Under the pieces are notes generated by a model. That model was not told the origin of the DNA and searched no databases. It saw only the letters and a program-made list of their open reading frames with translations. This document shows, one piece after another, positions 27,649 through 37,461 of a stretch of 64,000 nt of DNA (its first letter is position 1; each line of letters begins with the position of its first letter). The stretch spans positions 1,928 to 65,927 of the forward strand of contig CAIJYD010000135.1 in the NCBI GenBank assembly GCA_903824785.1. Direction: 5' to 3'. Origin of the DNA: an uncultured Bacteroidota bacterium (GTDB lineage: Bacteria; Bacteroidota; Bacteroidia; Bacteroidales; VadinHA17). The translations under genes were made by a program, and so were the position numbers.

Positions 27649-29664
27649 TCACATTAGTTTAATAGCCTCATCAATTATCTCATCATCTGCAATATAAGGG
27701 ACAGTTACCTTTAATCCGGGGGTACGTTCCATCTCTCTTTTCAAAGTACTGATAGCTTTATCATTACGTGCCCAGCTGCGTCGTGCTATACCGTTGTTCA
27801 CGTCCCAGCTAACCATTTCGCGGAGTTTTTTAGCAGTATCAGCAGTTCCATCCAGAACCATTCCGAAACCGCCATTAATAACCTCCCCCCATCCTACTCC
27901 GCCTCCGTTATGCAACGAAACCCATGTAGCGCCCCTGAAGGAATCACCTATTACATTCTGAACGGCCATATCGGCTGTAAATTTCGATCCGTCGTAAATA
28001 TCTGAGGTCTCTCTGAAAGGCGAATCAGTGCCCGATACATCATGATGGTCCCTTCCGATTACAACCGGCGCCGATATTACGCCCTCCTCTACTGCCCTGT
28101 TAAAAGCCTCAGCTATAGCCACTCTGCCTTCGGCATCGGCATAGAGTATTCTTGCCTGGCTGCCAACAACCAGCCTGTTTTTTCCTGCTTCTCTTATCCA
28201 ATTAATATTATCTGCCATCTGGGTTTTAATCTGATCAGGCGAATGTTCAAGAATTTTTTCGAGTATCCCGGTTGCAAGCCTGTCGGTAGCTTCAAGATCG
28301 GCCGGATCATTTGAACAGCATACCCATCTGAATGGACCGAAACCGAAGTCGAAACACATTGGCCCCATAATATCCTGAACATAAGAAGGATACCTGAATT
28401 TGCCACTGGCATTCAAAATATCCGCACCTGCACGCGAAGCCTCAAGAAGAAAGGCGTTTCCGTAATCGAAAAAATAGGTACCCCTTTCAGTGTGCCTGTT
28501 GATCGCCTCAACCTGCCGCCTCAGCGACTTACGGACAGCCTCCTTAAAAGCATCAGGATCGTGAGCCATCATACGGTTTGATTCTTCAAAGCTCAGGGCT
28601 GAAGGATAATAACCGCCTGCCCACGGATTATGAAGTGAAGTCTGATCAGAACCTATATCAATGGTAATATTCTCATCGGCAAACCTCTCCCATACCTCAA
28701 CTATGTTACCCTCAAATGCGATTGAAGTAACCTCCTTTTTTTCTATTACCTGTTTTACTCTTGCTGCAAGCTGATCGATATTATTGAAGACCTCATCAAC
28801 CCAACCCTGTGAAAATCTGGTTTGAATAGCTTTAGGATTGACTTCAGCAATTACGGAGGTTATCCCTGCTATTCGGGCTGCCTTGGGCTGCGCTCCCGAC
28901 ATACCTCCAAGACCGGATGATACAAACAGTCTGCCTCTCATCTCTCTGCCATCTTTGCTGATCATTCTGCCTGCGTTGAGAATTGTAATTGTTGTCCCGT
29001 GAACAATACCCTGCGGTCCGATATACATATAAGAACCAGCCGTCATCTGGCCATATTGTGACACACCAAGAGCGTTGAATTTTTCCCAGTGATCCTGCGA
29101 CGAATAGTTCGGGATCACCATTCCATTGGTAACCACCAGTCTCGGAGCATTTCTGCTGGAAGGGAACAGGCCTAGAGGATGTCCTGAGTATACTACAAGA
29201 GTCTGTTCATCAGTCATTTCAGAAAGATACCTCATCGTCAGCAGATACTGGGCCCAGTTCTGAAAAACAGCACCATTACCACCGTATGTTATCAGTTCAT
29301 GCGGATGCTGTGCAACTGAATGGTCGAGATTATTCGAAATCATAAGCATGATAGCTGCAGCACTTCTTGTACGATACGGAAATTCATCAATATGCCGGGC
29401 TTTAATCTCATAATGAGGTATAAACCGGTACATGTATATTCTCCCGTAATTTGCCAGTTCCTGAGCAAACTCTCCGGCAAGAACCGGATGAAACCTCTCA
29501 GGAAAATATCTCAGAGCATTTTTTACTGCAAGCTTTTTTTCGGTAATGTTAAGAATATCCTTTCTTTTAGGGGCGTGGCTGAGGTTATAATCTAAAGTTC
29601 TCGGAGGGGGAAGTTCCTCCGGAATACCTTCTGATACTTTTCTCCTGAATTCACTATTTGTCAT
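27649..29664 (-). CDS. hutU: Urocanate hydratase (long, ~670 aa form)
   Basis: Full-length similarity pattern to urocanase (GGMSGAQ...GTDSPFRETS...). No other hut genes are nearby. Confidence 0.9.
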   Translation of the reverse strand: MTNSEFRRKVSEGIPEELPPPRTLDYNLSHAPKRKDILNITEKKLAVKNALRYFPERFHPVLAGEFAQELANYGRIYMYRFIPHYEIKARHIDEFPYRTRSAAAIMLMISNNLDHSVAQHPHELITYGGNGAVFQNWAQYLLTMRYLSEMTDEQTLVVYSGHPLGLFPSSRNAPRLVVTNGMVIPNYSSQDHWEKFNALGVSQYGQMTAGSYMYIGPQGIVHGTTITILNAGRMISKDGREMRGRLFVSSGLGGMSGAQPKAARIAGITSVIAEVNPKAIQTRFSQGWVDEVFNNIDQLAARVKQVIEKKEVTSIAFEGNIVEVWERFADENITIDIGSDQTSLHNPWAGGYYPSALSFEESNRMMAHDPDAFKEAVRKSLRRQVEAINRHTERGTYFFDYGNAFLLEASRAGADILNASGKFRYPSYVQDIMGPMCFDFGFGPFRWVCCSNDPADLEATDRLATGILEKILEHSPDQIKTQMADNINWIREAGKNRLVVGSQARILYADAEGRVAIAEAFNRAVEEGVISAPVVIGRDHHDVSGTDSPFRETSDIYDGSKFTADMAVQNVIGDSFRGATWVSLHNGGGVGWGEVINGGFGMVLDGTADTAKKLREMVSWDVNNGIARRSWARNDKAISTLKREMERTPGLKVTVPYIADDEIIDEAIKLM

Positions 29665-29698
29665 CGGTGCAAAGCTGAGATATGTTGTAAAGTTAAAT

Positions 29699-29729
29699 AA
29701 AAAAAAAGCTGACTCTTTCGGAATCAGCT
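29699..29729 (-). terminator. Rho-independent terminator after the zinc-ribbon gene
   Basis: On the minus strand the stem is AGCTGATTC / GAGTCAGCT (one G-U pair) with a 5-nt loop, followed by T9 (29699-29707). It lies 23 nt after the stop at 29752. Confidence 0.65.
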
Positions 29730-29751
29730 CTCATTGGTATAAATAATTCGT

Positions 29752-30516
29752 CTAAAGGTGACCTTCTTTTATAATCTCATCATCAACCAGAATCCGTCCG
29801 CAGTATTCACAAACAATTATTTTCCTTCTCGATTTGATGTCGAGCTGACGTTGCGGAGGGATCTGATTAAAGCATCCACCACATGCATCTCTCTGAACAG
29901 GCACAACTGCAAGTCCGTTATGTGCATTTGAACGTATTCTTTTATAAGCTGTTAACAACCGCTCCTCGATAATCCCCTCAACCTTTTCTGATTTTTTATA
30001 GAGACCCTCTTCCTCCTTCTGTGTGTCGGAAATAATCTCATCCAGTTCTGATTTCTTGTTTTCAAGGTCAGCCTTTCTGTCCGAAAGTGTACTTTCCGAT
30101 TCAGCTAATACAAGATTCTTATCTTCAATCTGATAATTAAACTCTTTAATCTTTTTATTAAATAATTCTATTTCCAGATTCTGATATTCAATCTCCTTTG
30201 AAAGAGAGTCAAATTCCCGGTTATTTCTTACATTTTTTTGCTGCTCTTCATACTTTTTTATAAGAGCTTCGGCGTCTGTTATCTCATTATTCTTCTTTGA
30301 AACAGACTTTTCGAGGTTAGTAACCTCTTCTTTAAGATTCCCCAATCTGGTCTCAAGCCCTGCAATTTCATCCTCAAGATCCTGAACCTCAAGTGGGAGC
30401 TCTCCTCTAAGTGTTTTAATCTTATCTATCTCTGAATCAACTAACTGCAAGCCATACAATGCCCTTAATCTCTCTTCTACAGAAATTTCAGATTCATGTG
30501 ATTTTGTTTTTTCCAT
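29752..30516 (-). CDS. Coiled-coil zinc-ribbon protein (COG1579 / DUF164 type)
   Basis: Long heptad-rich Glu/Lys region, then a C-terminal CGGC...CEYC zinc ribbon. It is paired with the Nif3-like gene upstream. Confidence 0.75.
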   Translation of the reverse strand: MEKTKSHESEISVEERLRALYGLQLVDSEIDKIKTLRGELPLEVQDLEDEIAGLETRLGNLKEEVTNLEKSVSKKNNEITDAEALIKKYEEQQKNVRNNREFDSLSKEIEYQNLEIELFNKKIKEFNYQIEDKNLVLAESESTLSDRKADLENKKSELDEIISDTQKEEEGLYKKSEKVEGIIEERLLTAYKRIRSNAHNGLAVVPVQRDACGGCFNQIPPQRQLDIKSRRKIIVCEYCGRILVDDEIIKEGHL

Positions 30517-30518
30517 CT

Positions 30519-31613
30519 TTACAAATAATTTATCGGATTCGTATTTGTTTCTGAAAACCGGACTGCAAATTTAGGGAATTTTTTAATAATTAAGTTGAAT
30601 AAAATTTCTGTTGCGAATTTTTCACTTTCAAAATGCCCTGCATCGACAAGAAGTATCCTTTTATCAGTATCAAAAAAATTATGATATTTAATATCTGCGG
30701 TTATAAATGCATCAGCCCCCGAAGCAATTGCAGTATTTAACAATGAAGCACCTGAACCGCCGCAGAGAGCGACCTTTTTTATTTTTTTACCCGGGAGTTT
30801 TGAGAATCTGATCCCCCTTGCTTCGAAGATAGAAGAGACAAGATTCAGAAATTCTACCTCATCCATTGCTTCGTCCATGACTCCGTAACATCCTAAACCT
30901 GCCTCAGTATTCTCATTTTCCAGCGCATAAATGTCATATGCCACCTCTTCGTAAGGGTGAACCTCCAGAAGAGCTTTAATGATTTTTGTTTTCAGATGCG
31001 AAAACATGACTGTCTCAAACCTCATCTCCTTTTCAGTATGGAAAAAACCCTTCTGGCCGGCAAATGGATTTGAGTTTTCATTTCCCTTGTAGCTGCCTGT
31101 TCCTGATGAAGTGAATCCGCACCTTTCGTAGTTGCCAATGGATCCTGCACCTGCATCGAAAAGAGCTTCACTTACTTTTTTATAATGTGATTCAGGAATA
31201 TATGTAATTAGTTTCAAGAGTCTGTTTTTCAGAGGGGATAAGACTTTGATATTCTGAAGGGAGAGCTTCTCTGCCATTTTTCTGCTTACCCCGTTGGTAA
31301 ATGCGTCCAGATTTGTATGAGAAGAATAGATTGCAATTTCCTGTTTTATTGCTTTAAGGAGAATTCTTTCTGTATAGGTGCTTCCCGTAATCTTTTTTAT
31401 TCCGTTAAAGATCAGCGGATGATGAGAAATGATCAGGTCGCATCCGGTATTAACAGCCTCATCAAGAACATCTTCAGTAACATCAAGAGTAAGGAGAGCC
31501 GAGGATATCTCTTTTCCCGGAAAACCAACCTGAAGTCCGGAATTATCATAATCTTCCTGAAATGACAACGGGACTACTGAATCGAGATATGAACTGAGAT
31601 CTAATAACTTCAT
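30519..31613 (-). CDS. Nif3-like dinuclear metal centre protein (GTP cyclohydrolase 1 type 2 homolog)
   Basis: DNSGLQVG...ISHHPLIF...HTNLD...TADIKYH...GHFESE. Confidence 0.85.
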   Translation of the reverse strand: MKLLDLSSYLDSVVPLSFQEDYDNSGLQVGFPGKEISSALLTLDVTEDVLDEAVNTGCDLIISHHPLIFNGIKKITGSTYTERILLKAIKQEIAIYSSHTNLDAFTNGVSRKMAEKLSLQNIKVLSPLKNRLLKLITYIPESHYKKVSEALFDAGAGSIGNYERCGFTSSGTGSYKGNENSNPFAGQKGFFHTEKEMRFETVMFSHLKTKIIKALLEVHPYEEVAYDIYALENENTEAGLGCYGVMDEAMDEVEFLNLVSSIFEARGIRFSKLPGKKIKKVALCGGSGASLLNTAIASGADAFITADIKYHNFFDTDKRILLVDAGHFESEKFATEILFNLIIKKFPKFAVRFSETNTNPINYL

Positions 31614-31714
31614 ATTGAACTATTTCCTTACCATTAATATGTCTCTTCTTACCGGCATTCTGTTAAAAGAATAACAAAAGATGCGATATCCGGGAACAGA
31701 GAGGCTGAGCAGCT

Positions 31715-32050
31715 TTAAATATTATCCCGTAAATCGAGAAGAATACTTTTTATCTTTTGCAGCGAATCGTTTATTTCATATTTATGATCTGCCTCGTCCC
31801 ACTTTTCCGATAGTTTCTTCTTAACCCCGGAAAGGGTCATTCCCTCCTCTTTCAAAAGGTGGTGGATGATCTTCAGATTTTTAATATCCGTTGGTGTAAA
31901 GAGTCTGTTCCCCTTTTTATTCTTCATAGGTTTCAGAACATCGAATTCATTCTCCCAGAAACGAACAGTTGAAACAGGAACTTCGAGCATCTCAGCAACT
32001 TCCCCAATAGAGTAATAGAGTTTTTCGACCTTTTTTTCCTTGTATGGCAT
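31715..32050 (-). CDS. MerR-family transcriptional regulator
   Basis: YSIGEVAEMLEVPVSTVRFWENEF...RLFTPTDI matches a MerR HTH. I used the ATG at 32050. Confidence 0.8.
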   Translation of the reverse strand: MPYKEKKVEKLYYSIGEVAEMLEVPVSTVRFWENEFDVLKPMKNKKGNRLFTPTDIKNLKIIHHLLKEEGMTLSGVKKKLSEKWDEADHKYEINDSLQKIKSILLDLRDNI

Positions 32051-32115
32051 AATAATCAAAAATAAAAGAAATAACGGATATAATAAAGGCTGAACAATTC
32101 AGCTCATGTAAAAGA

Positions 32116-33087
32116 TTAATCAAATGACTGACCGGTTTTTGAAGCAATTTCGATCATTTTTTCATATTCTTCTACAGTGAGATCATTAAAATAATAGTTT
32201 ACAGGGTCCACATTCGAGCCGTTTATTTTTATCTCGTAATGGAGATGTGGTGCCAGAGACATTCCGGTATTCCCGACAAAGCCTATTATATCTCCCCTCT
32301 GTACTTTCTGACCTGCTTTTACGTTGAACTTGTCGAGGTGTGCATAAACGCTTACATAACCAAAGCCATGATCAAGGATAAGATGATTGCCAAGGCCCCT
32401 TTTTGAAGAGAGGACATCTGAAACAATCCCATTCCCTGTAGCGTAAATATCGGTACCTGTTGACGCTGTAAAGTCCATCCCATAATGGAATTTTGTAATT
32501 TTATAATAAGGGTGAATTCTCAATCCGTAACCAGATGCTGTTCTTGTAAGATCTTTGTTTGAAATAGGAAGAATAGCCGGAATACACCTCATCATATCTT
32601 CTTTTTCCCTGGCAAGGGAGATAAGCCCGTCGAAAGATTTTGATTGTACATAAATCTTCTTCCTGATCTTATCGAGTCTGGTTGTTGTTTCAACCACTAG
32701 GTCAGTATTTTTATAACCCTCCAATGCCTTATATCTGTTTACTCCTCCGCTACCTCCTGCTCTCAAGGTGGAAGGAATTGGTTCAGCTTCAAAAATGGTT
32801 CTGTAAAGGTTATCATCGGTCTTCTGAAGACCGTCAAGGATATTTTCTATCTCACCCATCTCCCTGTGAATCAGATCGTACTGAATAGTAAGCTGGGAGA
32901 CTTCCCTTTTAAGTGCTTTCTCCCTGGGAGAATCGAAGAAGGAAGCAAAAAGAACCCAGTAAGCTACAGCGACTAATACAGAGCCTAATAAAAAACCCAA
33001 GACTCTGATCAACAGAGCTTTAATTCCAAGTCTGACTTTATCAAAACTCAGAGAATCCGGATTATATTTATATTTTATGCGTGGCAT
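32116..33087 (-). CDS. M23-family peptidoglycan metalloendopeptidase, membrane anchored (paralog 2)
   Basis: N-terminal TM and coiled-coil-like region, then HYGMDF...GNHLILDHGFGYVSVYAHL...GNTGMSLAPHLHYEI. Confidence 0.85.
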   Translation of the reverse strand: MPRIKYKYNPDSLSFDKVRLGIKALLIRVLGFLLGSVLVAVAYWVLFASFFDSPREKALKREVSQLTIQYDLIHREMGEIENILDGLQKTDDNLYRTIFEAEPIPSTLRAGGSGGVNRYKALEGYKNTDLVVETTTRLDKIRKKIYVQSKSFDGLISLAREKEDMMRCIPAILPISNKDLTRTASGYGLRIHPYYKITKFHYGMDFTASTGTDIYATGNGIVSDVLSSKRGLGNHLILDHGFGYVSVYAHLDKFNVKAGQKVQRGDIIGFVGNTGMSLAPHLHYEIKINGSNVDPVNYYFNDLTVEEYEKMIEIASKTGQSFD

Positions 33088-33094
33088 AATGGGT

Positions 33095-33102
33095 CAAAGA
33101 TA
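33095..33102 (-). promoter_or_regulatory. Candidate -7 box (TATCTTTG on the minus strand) just upstream of M23 paralog 2
   Basis: The plus strand reads CAAAGATA, only 8 nt upstream of the ATG at 33087. If real, the mRNA would be nearly leaderless. Confidence 0.3.
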
Positions 33103-33175
33103 AACAATTCTGAAAAGAATGAAAATCAGAACTTCCTCAGGAAACAGAAAAAGAGGGAAGTAAATAAAGAAAATA

Positions 33176-34144
33176 TTATCTCAACTTGGATTTGGAAGCC
33201 AGAGTCTGAATCATCTCATTATATTCTTCAACTGAAATATCATTATTAAAGAAATTGATAGGGTTCATATGCTGACCGAATTTATCAATTTGATAATGAA
33301 GATGAGGACCTGATGAAATTCCGGTACTTCCGCTCAATCCAATCAGGTCACCACGCTTAAGATTCATCCCGACGTTAACACTGATTTTACTGAGATGTCC
33401 ATATGTAGATTGTAATCCGTATCCATGATCAATTACAACACAATTCCCGAAACCTCCTGAGCTCCGGCCAGACTCAATAACTTTACCATCGCCGGTAGCA
33501 TGTACCTTTGTTCCGGGCGGTACCGGAAAATCCTGTCCGTAGTGCATCCTTGGAATGCCAAGTACAGGATGAACCTCACGGAACCTGAATCCATCGCCAA
33601 GAGGGAATTTAACCTCTACAGGACAAATAATAGGCTGGTGATTCATCTCCCTTTCCCATTCCAGCGATCGCTCTGAAACTGATTTAAAGGATTCATACTG
33701 AACATTAGCCATATTCTTTATCTCGTCAACTTTCGAACGGTATGAGATAAGAAAATCAGAATTGGCATACCCTGTAAGGTCACGGTATCTTAAAACACCT
33801 CCATAACCAGCTCTCCTGTAAGAATCCGGAACACTGTCCATATCCAGGATCGGCCGGTAACGGCTGTCGTCAGAACGTCTGAAACTATTAAGGGAATTTA
33901 AAGAATTATCAAGCTCCCTGCCAACAAGAGAGTACTGAAGCTTAAGATTTTCAACCTGCTGAATAAGCAGCTTCTCTTTCGGAGAACCAAATGTATTTTC
34001 AAAAACCGAACCATAAATTACTGCAAGAATTATAGATACAGAGGCCCATAATAAGAATTGCAGAAAAGTTTTTTTCCAGGGAAGTCTAACCTGCTTATAC
34101 TGCAGATCACTTAAATCAAGTTCATATTTCCGGTTTCGTGCCAA
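33176..34144 (-). CDS. M23-family peptidoglycan metalloendopeptidase, membrane anchored (paralog 1), TTG start
   Basis: HYGQDF...GNCVVIDHGYGLQSTYGHL...GSTGISSGPHLHYQI. The N-terminus aligns residue for residue with paralog 2, which supports the TTG start at 34144. Confidence 0.85.
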   Translation of the reverse strand: MARNRKYELDLSDLQYKQVRLPWKKTFLQFLLWASVSIILAVIYGSVFENTFGSPKEKLLIQQVENLKLQYSLVGRELDNSLNSLNSFRRSDDSRYRPILDMDSVPDSYRRAGYGGVLRYRDLTGYANSDFLISYRSKVDEIKNMANVQYESFKSVSERSLEWEREMNHQPIICPVEVKFPLGDGFRFREVHPVLGIPRMHYGQDFPVPPGTKVHATGDGKVIESGRSSGGFGNCVVIDHGYGLQSTYGHLSKISVNVGMNLKRGDLIGLSGSTGISSGPHLHYQIDKFGQHMNPINFFNNDISVEEYNEMIQTLASKSKLR

Positions 34145-34154
34145 CGATTATCTT

Positions 34155-34538
34155 TTAATAGTTTATGACTCTTTTACCTGATATAGAAATATATGCCTTA
34201 TTGGTACAACTGTATTCCTCTTTGGTATAGCAACTTACCAAATGGCATGCCAAAAAATAAATAAAACAGGAAAAATTCTGGAACATCTCCTTAACCATCT
34301 CTTTTTCAGTCACAAACAGTAAAGAAATATCTTTTGAATATTCAATTCTGCCGAAAGTCTGACGGGAGAGAAAATTAAAAATGAAGAGGAAAATCGCACA
34401 AATGTTCGAAAATGAGCTATACTTTTTAAAAATGACAATTATCCATTCGAGCACTTTAGTGTTAAAGTGTAAACGGGAAATCTTTAGAAACAAATATTTA
34501 ACCGGCTTAATGAAGCCTCTAAATTTACTGATTTTCAA
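34155..34538 (-). CDS. Doubtful hypothetical protein (127 aa)
   Basis: ORF only. It is AT-rich with a Phe/Ile/Lys/Cys-rich low-complexity translation and no recognisable motif. It ends 10 nt upstream of the M23 gene start. Confidence 0.25.
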   Translation of the reverse strand: MKISKFRGFIKPVKYLFLKISRLHFNTKVLEWIIVIFKKYSSFSNICAIFLFIFNFLSRQTFGRIEYSKDISLLFVTEKEMVKEMFQNFSCFIYFLACHLVSCYTKEEYSCTNKAYISISGKRVINY

Positions 34539-34664
34539 AATATAACTAAAAATTACAAATGGTCAAATTGAATTTTTATTTAGGTAATGGACAAAACTAA
34601 ATCAAATAAATTAATTTTACAAGCTAAATCGCATGTAATTTTACATAACACTATGATAATTAAA

Positions 34665-37295
34665 ATGAAGGCAGAGGAACTGAGGCAGATTTTTTTTGAA
34701 TTCTTCCGTTCTAAGGGTCATAATATCGTAGCCTCAGCTCCGATGACCGTAAAAAATGATCCTACCCTGATGTTTACAAACGCAGGGATGAATCAGTTTA
34801 AAGATATATTCCTGGGGAACCAGCAACCTGCCGCCAAAAGAGTTTCCAACTCACAGAAATGCCTCAGGGTTTCAGGAAAACACAATGATCTTGAAGAAGT
34901 TGGACACGACACCTATCATCACACAATGTTTGAAATGCTCGGCAACTGGTCTTTCGGGGATTATTTTAAAAAAGAGGCAATTGAATGGAGCTGGGAGCTT
35001 CTTGTTGATAAACTTGGTATACCTGAAGACAGGTTATATGCCACTATCTTTGAAGGAAGCAAAGAGGATAATGTGCCTCGCGATAATGAAGCAAATGATT
35101 ACTGGAAAAAATGTTTTTCAGATCCGGAAGGCAGAATTATTGATGGTTCAAAAAAGGATAATTTCTGGGAAATGGGTGAAACGGGGCCGTGCGGACCCTG
35201 TTCTGAGATACATGTTGACATCAGGGACGACGAAGAGAGGAAAAAAATTCCGGGCAATGAGCTGGTGAATAAAGGTCATCCTCATGTAATAGAGATCTGG
35301 AATCTTGTATTCATTCAGTATAACCGCAGGTCTGACGGAGTGCTCGAACAACTCCCTTCAAAACATGTCGACACAGGAATGGGCTTCGAACGGCTCTGTA
35401 TGGTTGTTCAGGGGAAAAAATCGAATTACGAGACTGATATTTTCCAATCGCTTATCAAAGAAATTTCTGCAATTACAGGTAAAGAATACGGTGTGGATGA
35501 GAAATGCGATATAGCCATGCGTGTTATTTCAGACCATCTCAGAGCGGTCTCTTTCTCTATTGCCGACGGGCAGCTTCCTTCGAATAATAAAGCCGGATAC
35601 GTTATAAGAAGAATTTTACGCAGAGCCGTACGCTACGGCTACACCAACCTTGGTATTGAGCAACCTTTTATCTATCAGCTTGTTCCGGTTCTTGCAACCA
35701 CAATGGGCAATCAGTATCCCGAACTTCAGTCAGGGAAAGAACATATAGCTAAAATAATTTTCGAAGAAGAAACCGCTTTCCTTAAAACTCTCGGAAAAGG
35801 TTTGAAAATGATTGAAAAAACAGTGACCGGACTGAGGAATGAAAACAAGAATATCCTTCCAGGAAAAGTAGCCTTTGAGATGTATGACACATTTGGTTTC
35901 CCTGTTGACCTTACACAACTTATTCTTAAGGAAAATGAGATGGCACTCGATCTGAAAGGGTTTGAAGAGGAGATGAAAAATCAGAAAGAGCGCTCGAGAG
36001 AGGATGCTTCAGTGCAGACAGCAGACTGGTCGGTTGTAAGAGAAGGGGAAGCAACAGAATTTACCGGTTATGAAAAGAATGAAGATGATATTCTGATCTC
36101 AAAATACCGCACTGTTAAAATAAAAGGGAAAGAATGTTTTCATCTGGTATTTGACAAAACACCGTTTTATGCCGAATCGGGAGGCCAGACAGGAGATACC
36201 GGACGGATAACAGCGGGAAATGAAATAATTTATATCACCGATACCGTAAAGGAAAATAATCTTATTGTACATATTGTAAATAAGTTGCCCTCCGCCCCCT
36301 CAGCTCCATTCAAAGCATCTGTCGATATCGAAAAACGTCTTATGACAGCCAATAACCATTCTGCTACTCACCTCTTACATTTTGCGTTACGATCAGTCCT
36401 GGGAAATCATGTGGAACAGAAAGGCTCACTTGTTTCACCAGATCGTCTTCGTTTCGACTTCAGCCATTTCAGTAAACCGGGCAGGGAAGAATTACAGAAG
36501 GTGGAAGAGCTGGTAAACCGGATGGTAAGGCAAAATCACAGTTGTAAAGTAAGTCCTGATGTAACAAAGGAAAAGGCTCAGCAAATGGGAGCAATTGCTC
36601 TCTTTGGGGAGAAATACGGCGAAACTGTAAGAGTGGTTGAGTTCGGTAATTCGGTGGAGCTGTGCGGAGGAACGCATGTTAAAGCAACCGGAAGTATCGG
36701 AATGATTAAAATAATATCAGAAGGAGCCATCGCAGCAGGAATAAGAAGAATTGAAGCCGTTACCGCCCTGAAAGCTGAGGAATATATCAATGAAAGATTA
36801 AATACAATTGATGAATTATCATCCCTTCTGAAAAGTTCAGGTTCAATCACCGAAAGTGTTGAGAAACTTATTACTGAAAACTCTGCACTGAAGAAAAGTG
36901 TTGAAAAATTCCAGTCACAAACAACATCCGCAATGATAACCGACTTTGTGGAAAAAGCTGTTATGATAAACGATATAAGGTTTGTTTCAGGTATGCTAAG
37001 GACCGATTCCCCTGATGTGCTGAAAAACATTGCCTACCAGATCCGTAATTCTTCAGATAACACCGTAATCATCATCGGGTTTGAAACGATGGGGAAAGCC
37101 AATATTATGGTGCTGGTAAGCGATAATCTTGTTAAAGAAAAGAATATAAATGCGGTAACCATAATTAAGGAGATTGCCGGAGAAATTGACGGAGGTGGTG
37201 GCGGACAGCCTTTCCTTGCAACTGCAGGAGGAAAGAAGCCTTCCGGTATACCTGGTGCCATTTCAAAAGCTGCTGTTTTTCTTCAGAAATTCTGA
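34665..37295 (+). CDS. alaS: Alanine--tRNA ligase
   Basis: FFEFFRSKGH...TNAGMNQFK...HHTMFEMLGNWSFGDYFK...CGGTH...GGGGGQP. I used the ATG at 34665. Confidence 0.95.
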   Translation: MKAEELRQIFFEFFRSKGHNIVASAPMTVKNDPTLMFTNAGMNQFKDIFLGNQQPAAKRVSNSQKCLRVSGKHNDLEEVGHDTYHHTMFEMLGNWSFGDYFKKEAIEWSWELLVDKLGIPEDRLYATIFEGSKEDNVPRDNEANDYWKKCFSDPEGRIIDGSKKDNFWEMGETGPCGPCSEIHVDIRDDEERKKIPGNELVNKGHPHVIEIWNLVFIQYNRRSDGVLEQLPSKHVDTGMGFERLCMVVQGKKSNYETDIFQSLIKEISAITGKEYGVDEKCDIAMRVISDHLRAVSFSIADGQLPSNNKAGYVIRRILRRAVRYGYTNLGIEQPFIYQLVPVLATTMGNQYPELQSGKEHIAKIIFEEETAFLKTLGKGLKMIEKTVTGLRNENKNILPGKVAFEMYDTFGFPVDLTQLILKENEMALDLKGFEEEMKNQKERSREDASVQTADWSVVREGEATEFTGYEKNEDDILISKYRTVKIKGKECFHLVFDKTPFYAESGGQTGDTGRITAGNEIIYITDTVKENNLIVHIVNKLPSAPSAPFKASVDIEKRLMTANNHSATHLLHFALRSVLGNHVEQKGSLVSPDRLRFDFSHFSKPGREELQKVEELVNRMVRQNHSCKVSPDVTKEKAQQMGAIALFGEKYGETVRVVEFGNSVELCGGTHVKATGSIGMIKIISEGAIAAGIRRIEAVTALKAEEYINERLNTIDELSSLLKSSGSITESVEKLITENSALKKSVEKFQSQTTSAMITDFVEKAVMINDIRFVSGMLRTDSPDVLKNIAYQIRNSSDNTVIIIGFETMGKANIMVLVSDNLVKEKNINAVTIIKEIAGEIDGGGGGQPFLATAGGKKPSGIPGAISKAAVFLQKF

Positions 37296-37344
37296 CGGAA
37301 ACAGAGAAGATAGAGGCTGACCATCTGGGCCAGTATTTTTTTCA

Positions 37345-37352
37345 TATCTTTG
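37345..37352 (+). promoter_or_regulatory. Candidate -7 box TATCTTTG upstream of the 37462 lipoprotein gene
   Basis: Exact TAnnTTTG match. It is 17 nt before the ATG at 37369 and 110 nt before the ATG at 37462, so start assignment is ambiguous. Confidence 0.35.
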
Positions 37353-37461
37353 GCTCTTTCTTTTTGAAATGAACCGGGCATGTGTAATTAAAAACAGAAA
37401 CTTTGGTGAACAGAATCAACATGCGGGAGCCATCCGACCTCTTAAAAATAATTTTGCGCGG

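Noticed and set aside
27649-29664. Isolated hutU as a sign of an unusual histidine pathway
   Set aside because: hut genes are often scattered, and the rest of the genome is not visible. Nothing in the sequence itself is atypical for the long-form urocanase.
34539-34664. T-box or other leader element upstream of alaS
   Set aside because: There is no specifier or T-box-like conserved sequence and no terminator/antiterminator hairpin. The region is simply AT-rich.
36578-37261. Minus-strand ORFs of 150 aa and 75 aa
   Set aside because: Both are antisense within alaS, whose identity is unambiguous. They are shadow ORFs.
37316-37342. Terminator after alaS
   Set aside because: It has only an imperfect 5-6 bp stem (CTGACC/GGCCAG, one mismatch) before the T-run. 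That is too weak to report as a feature.
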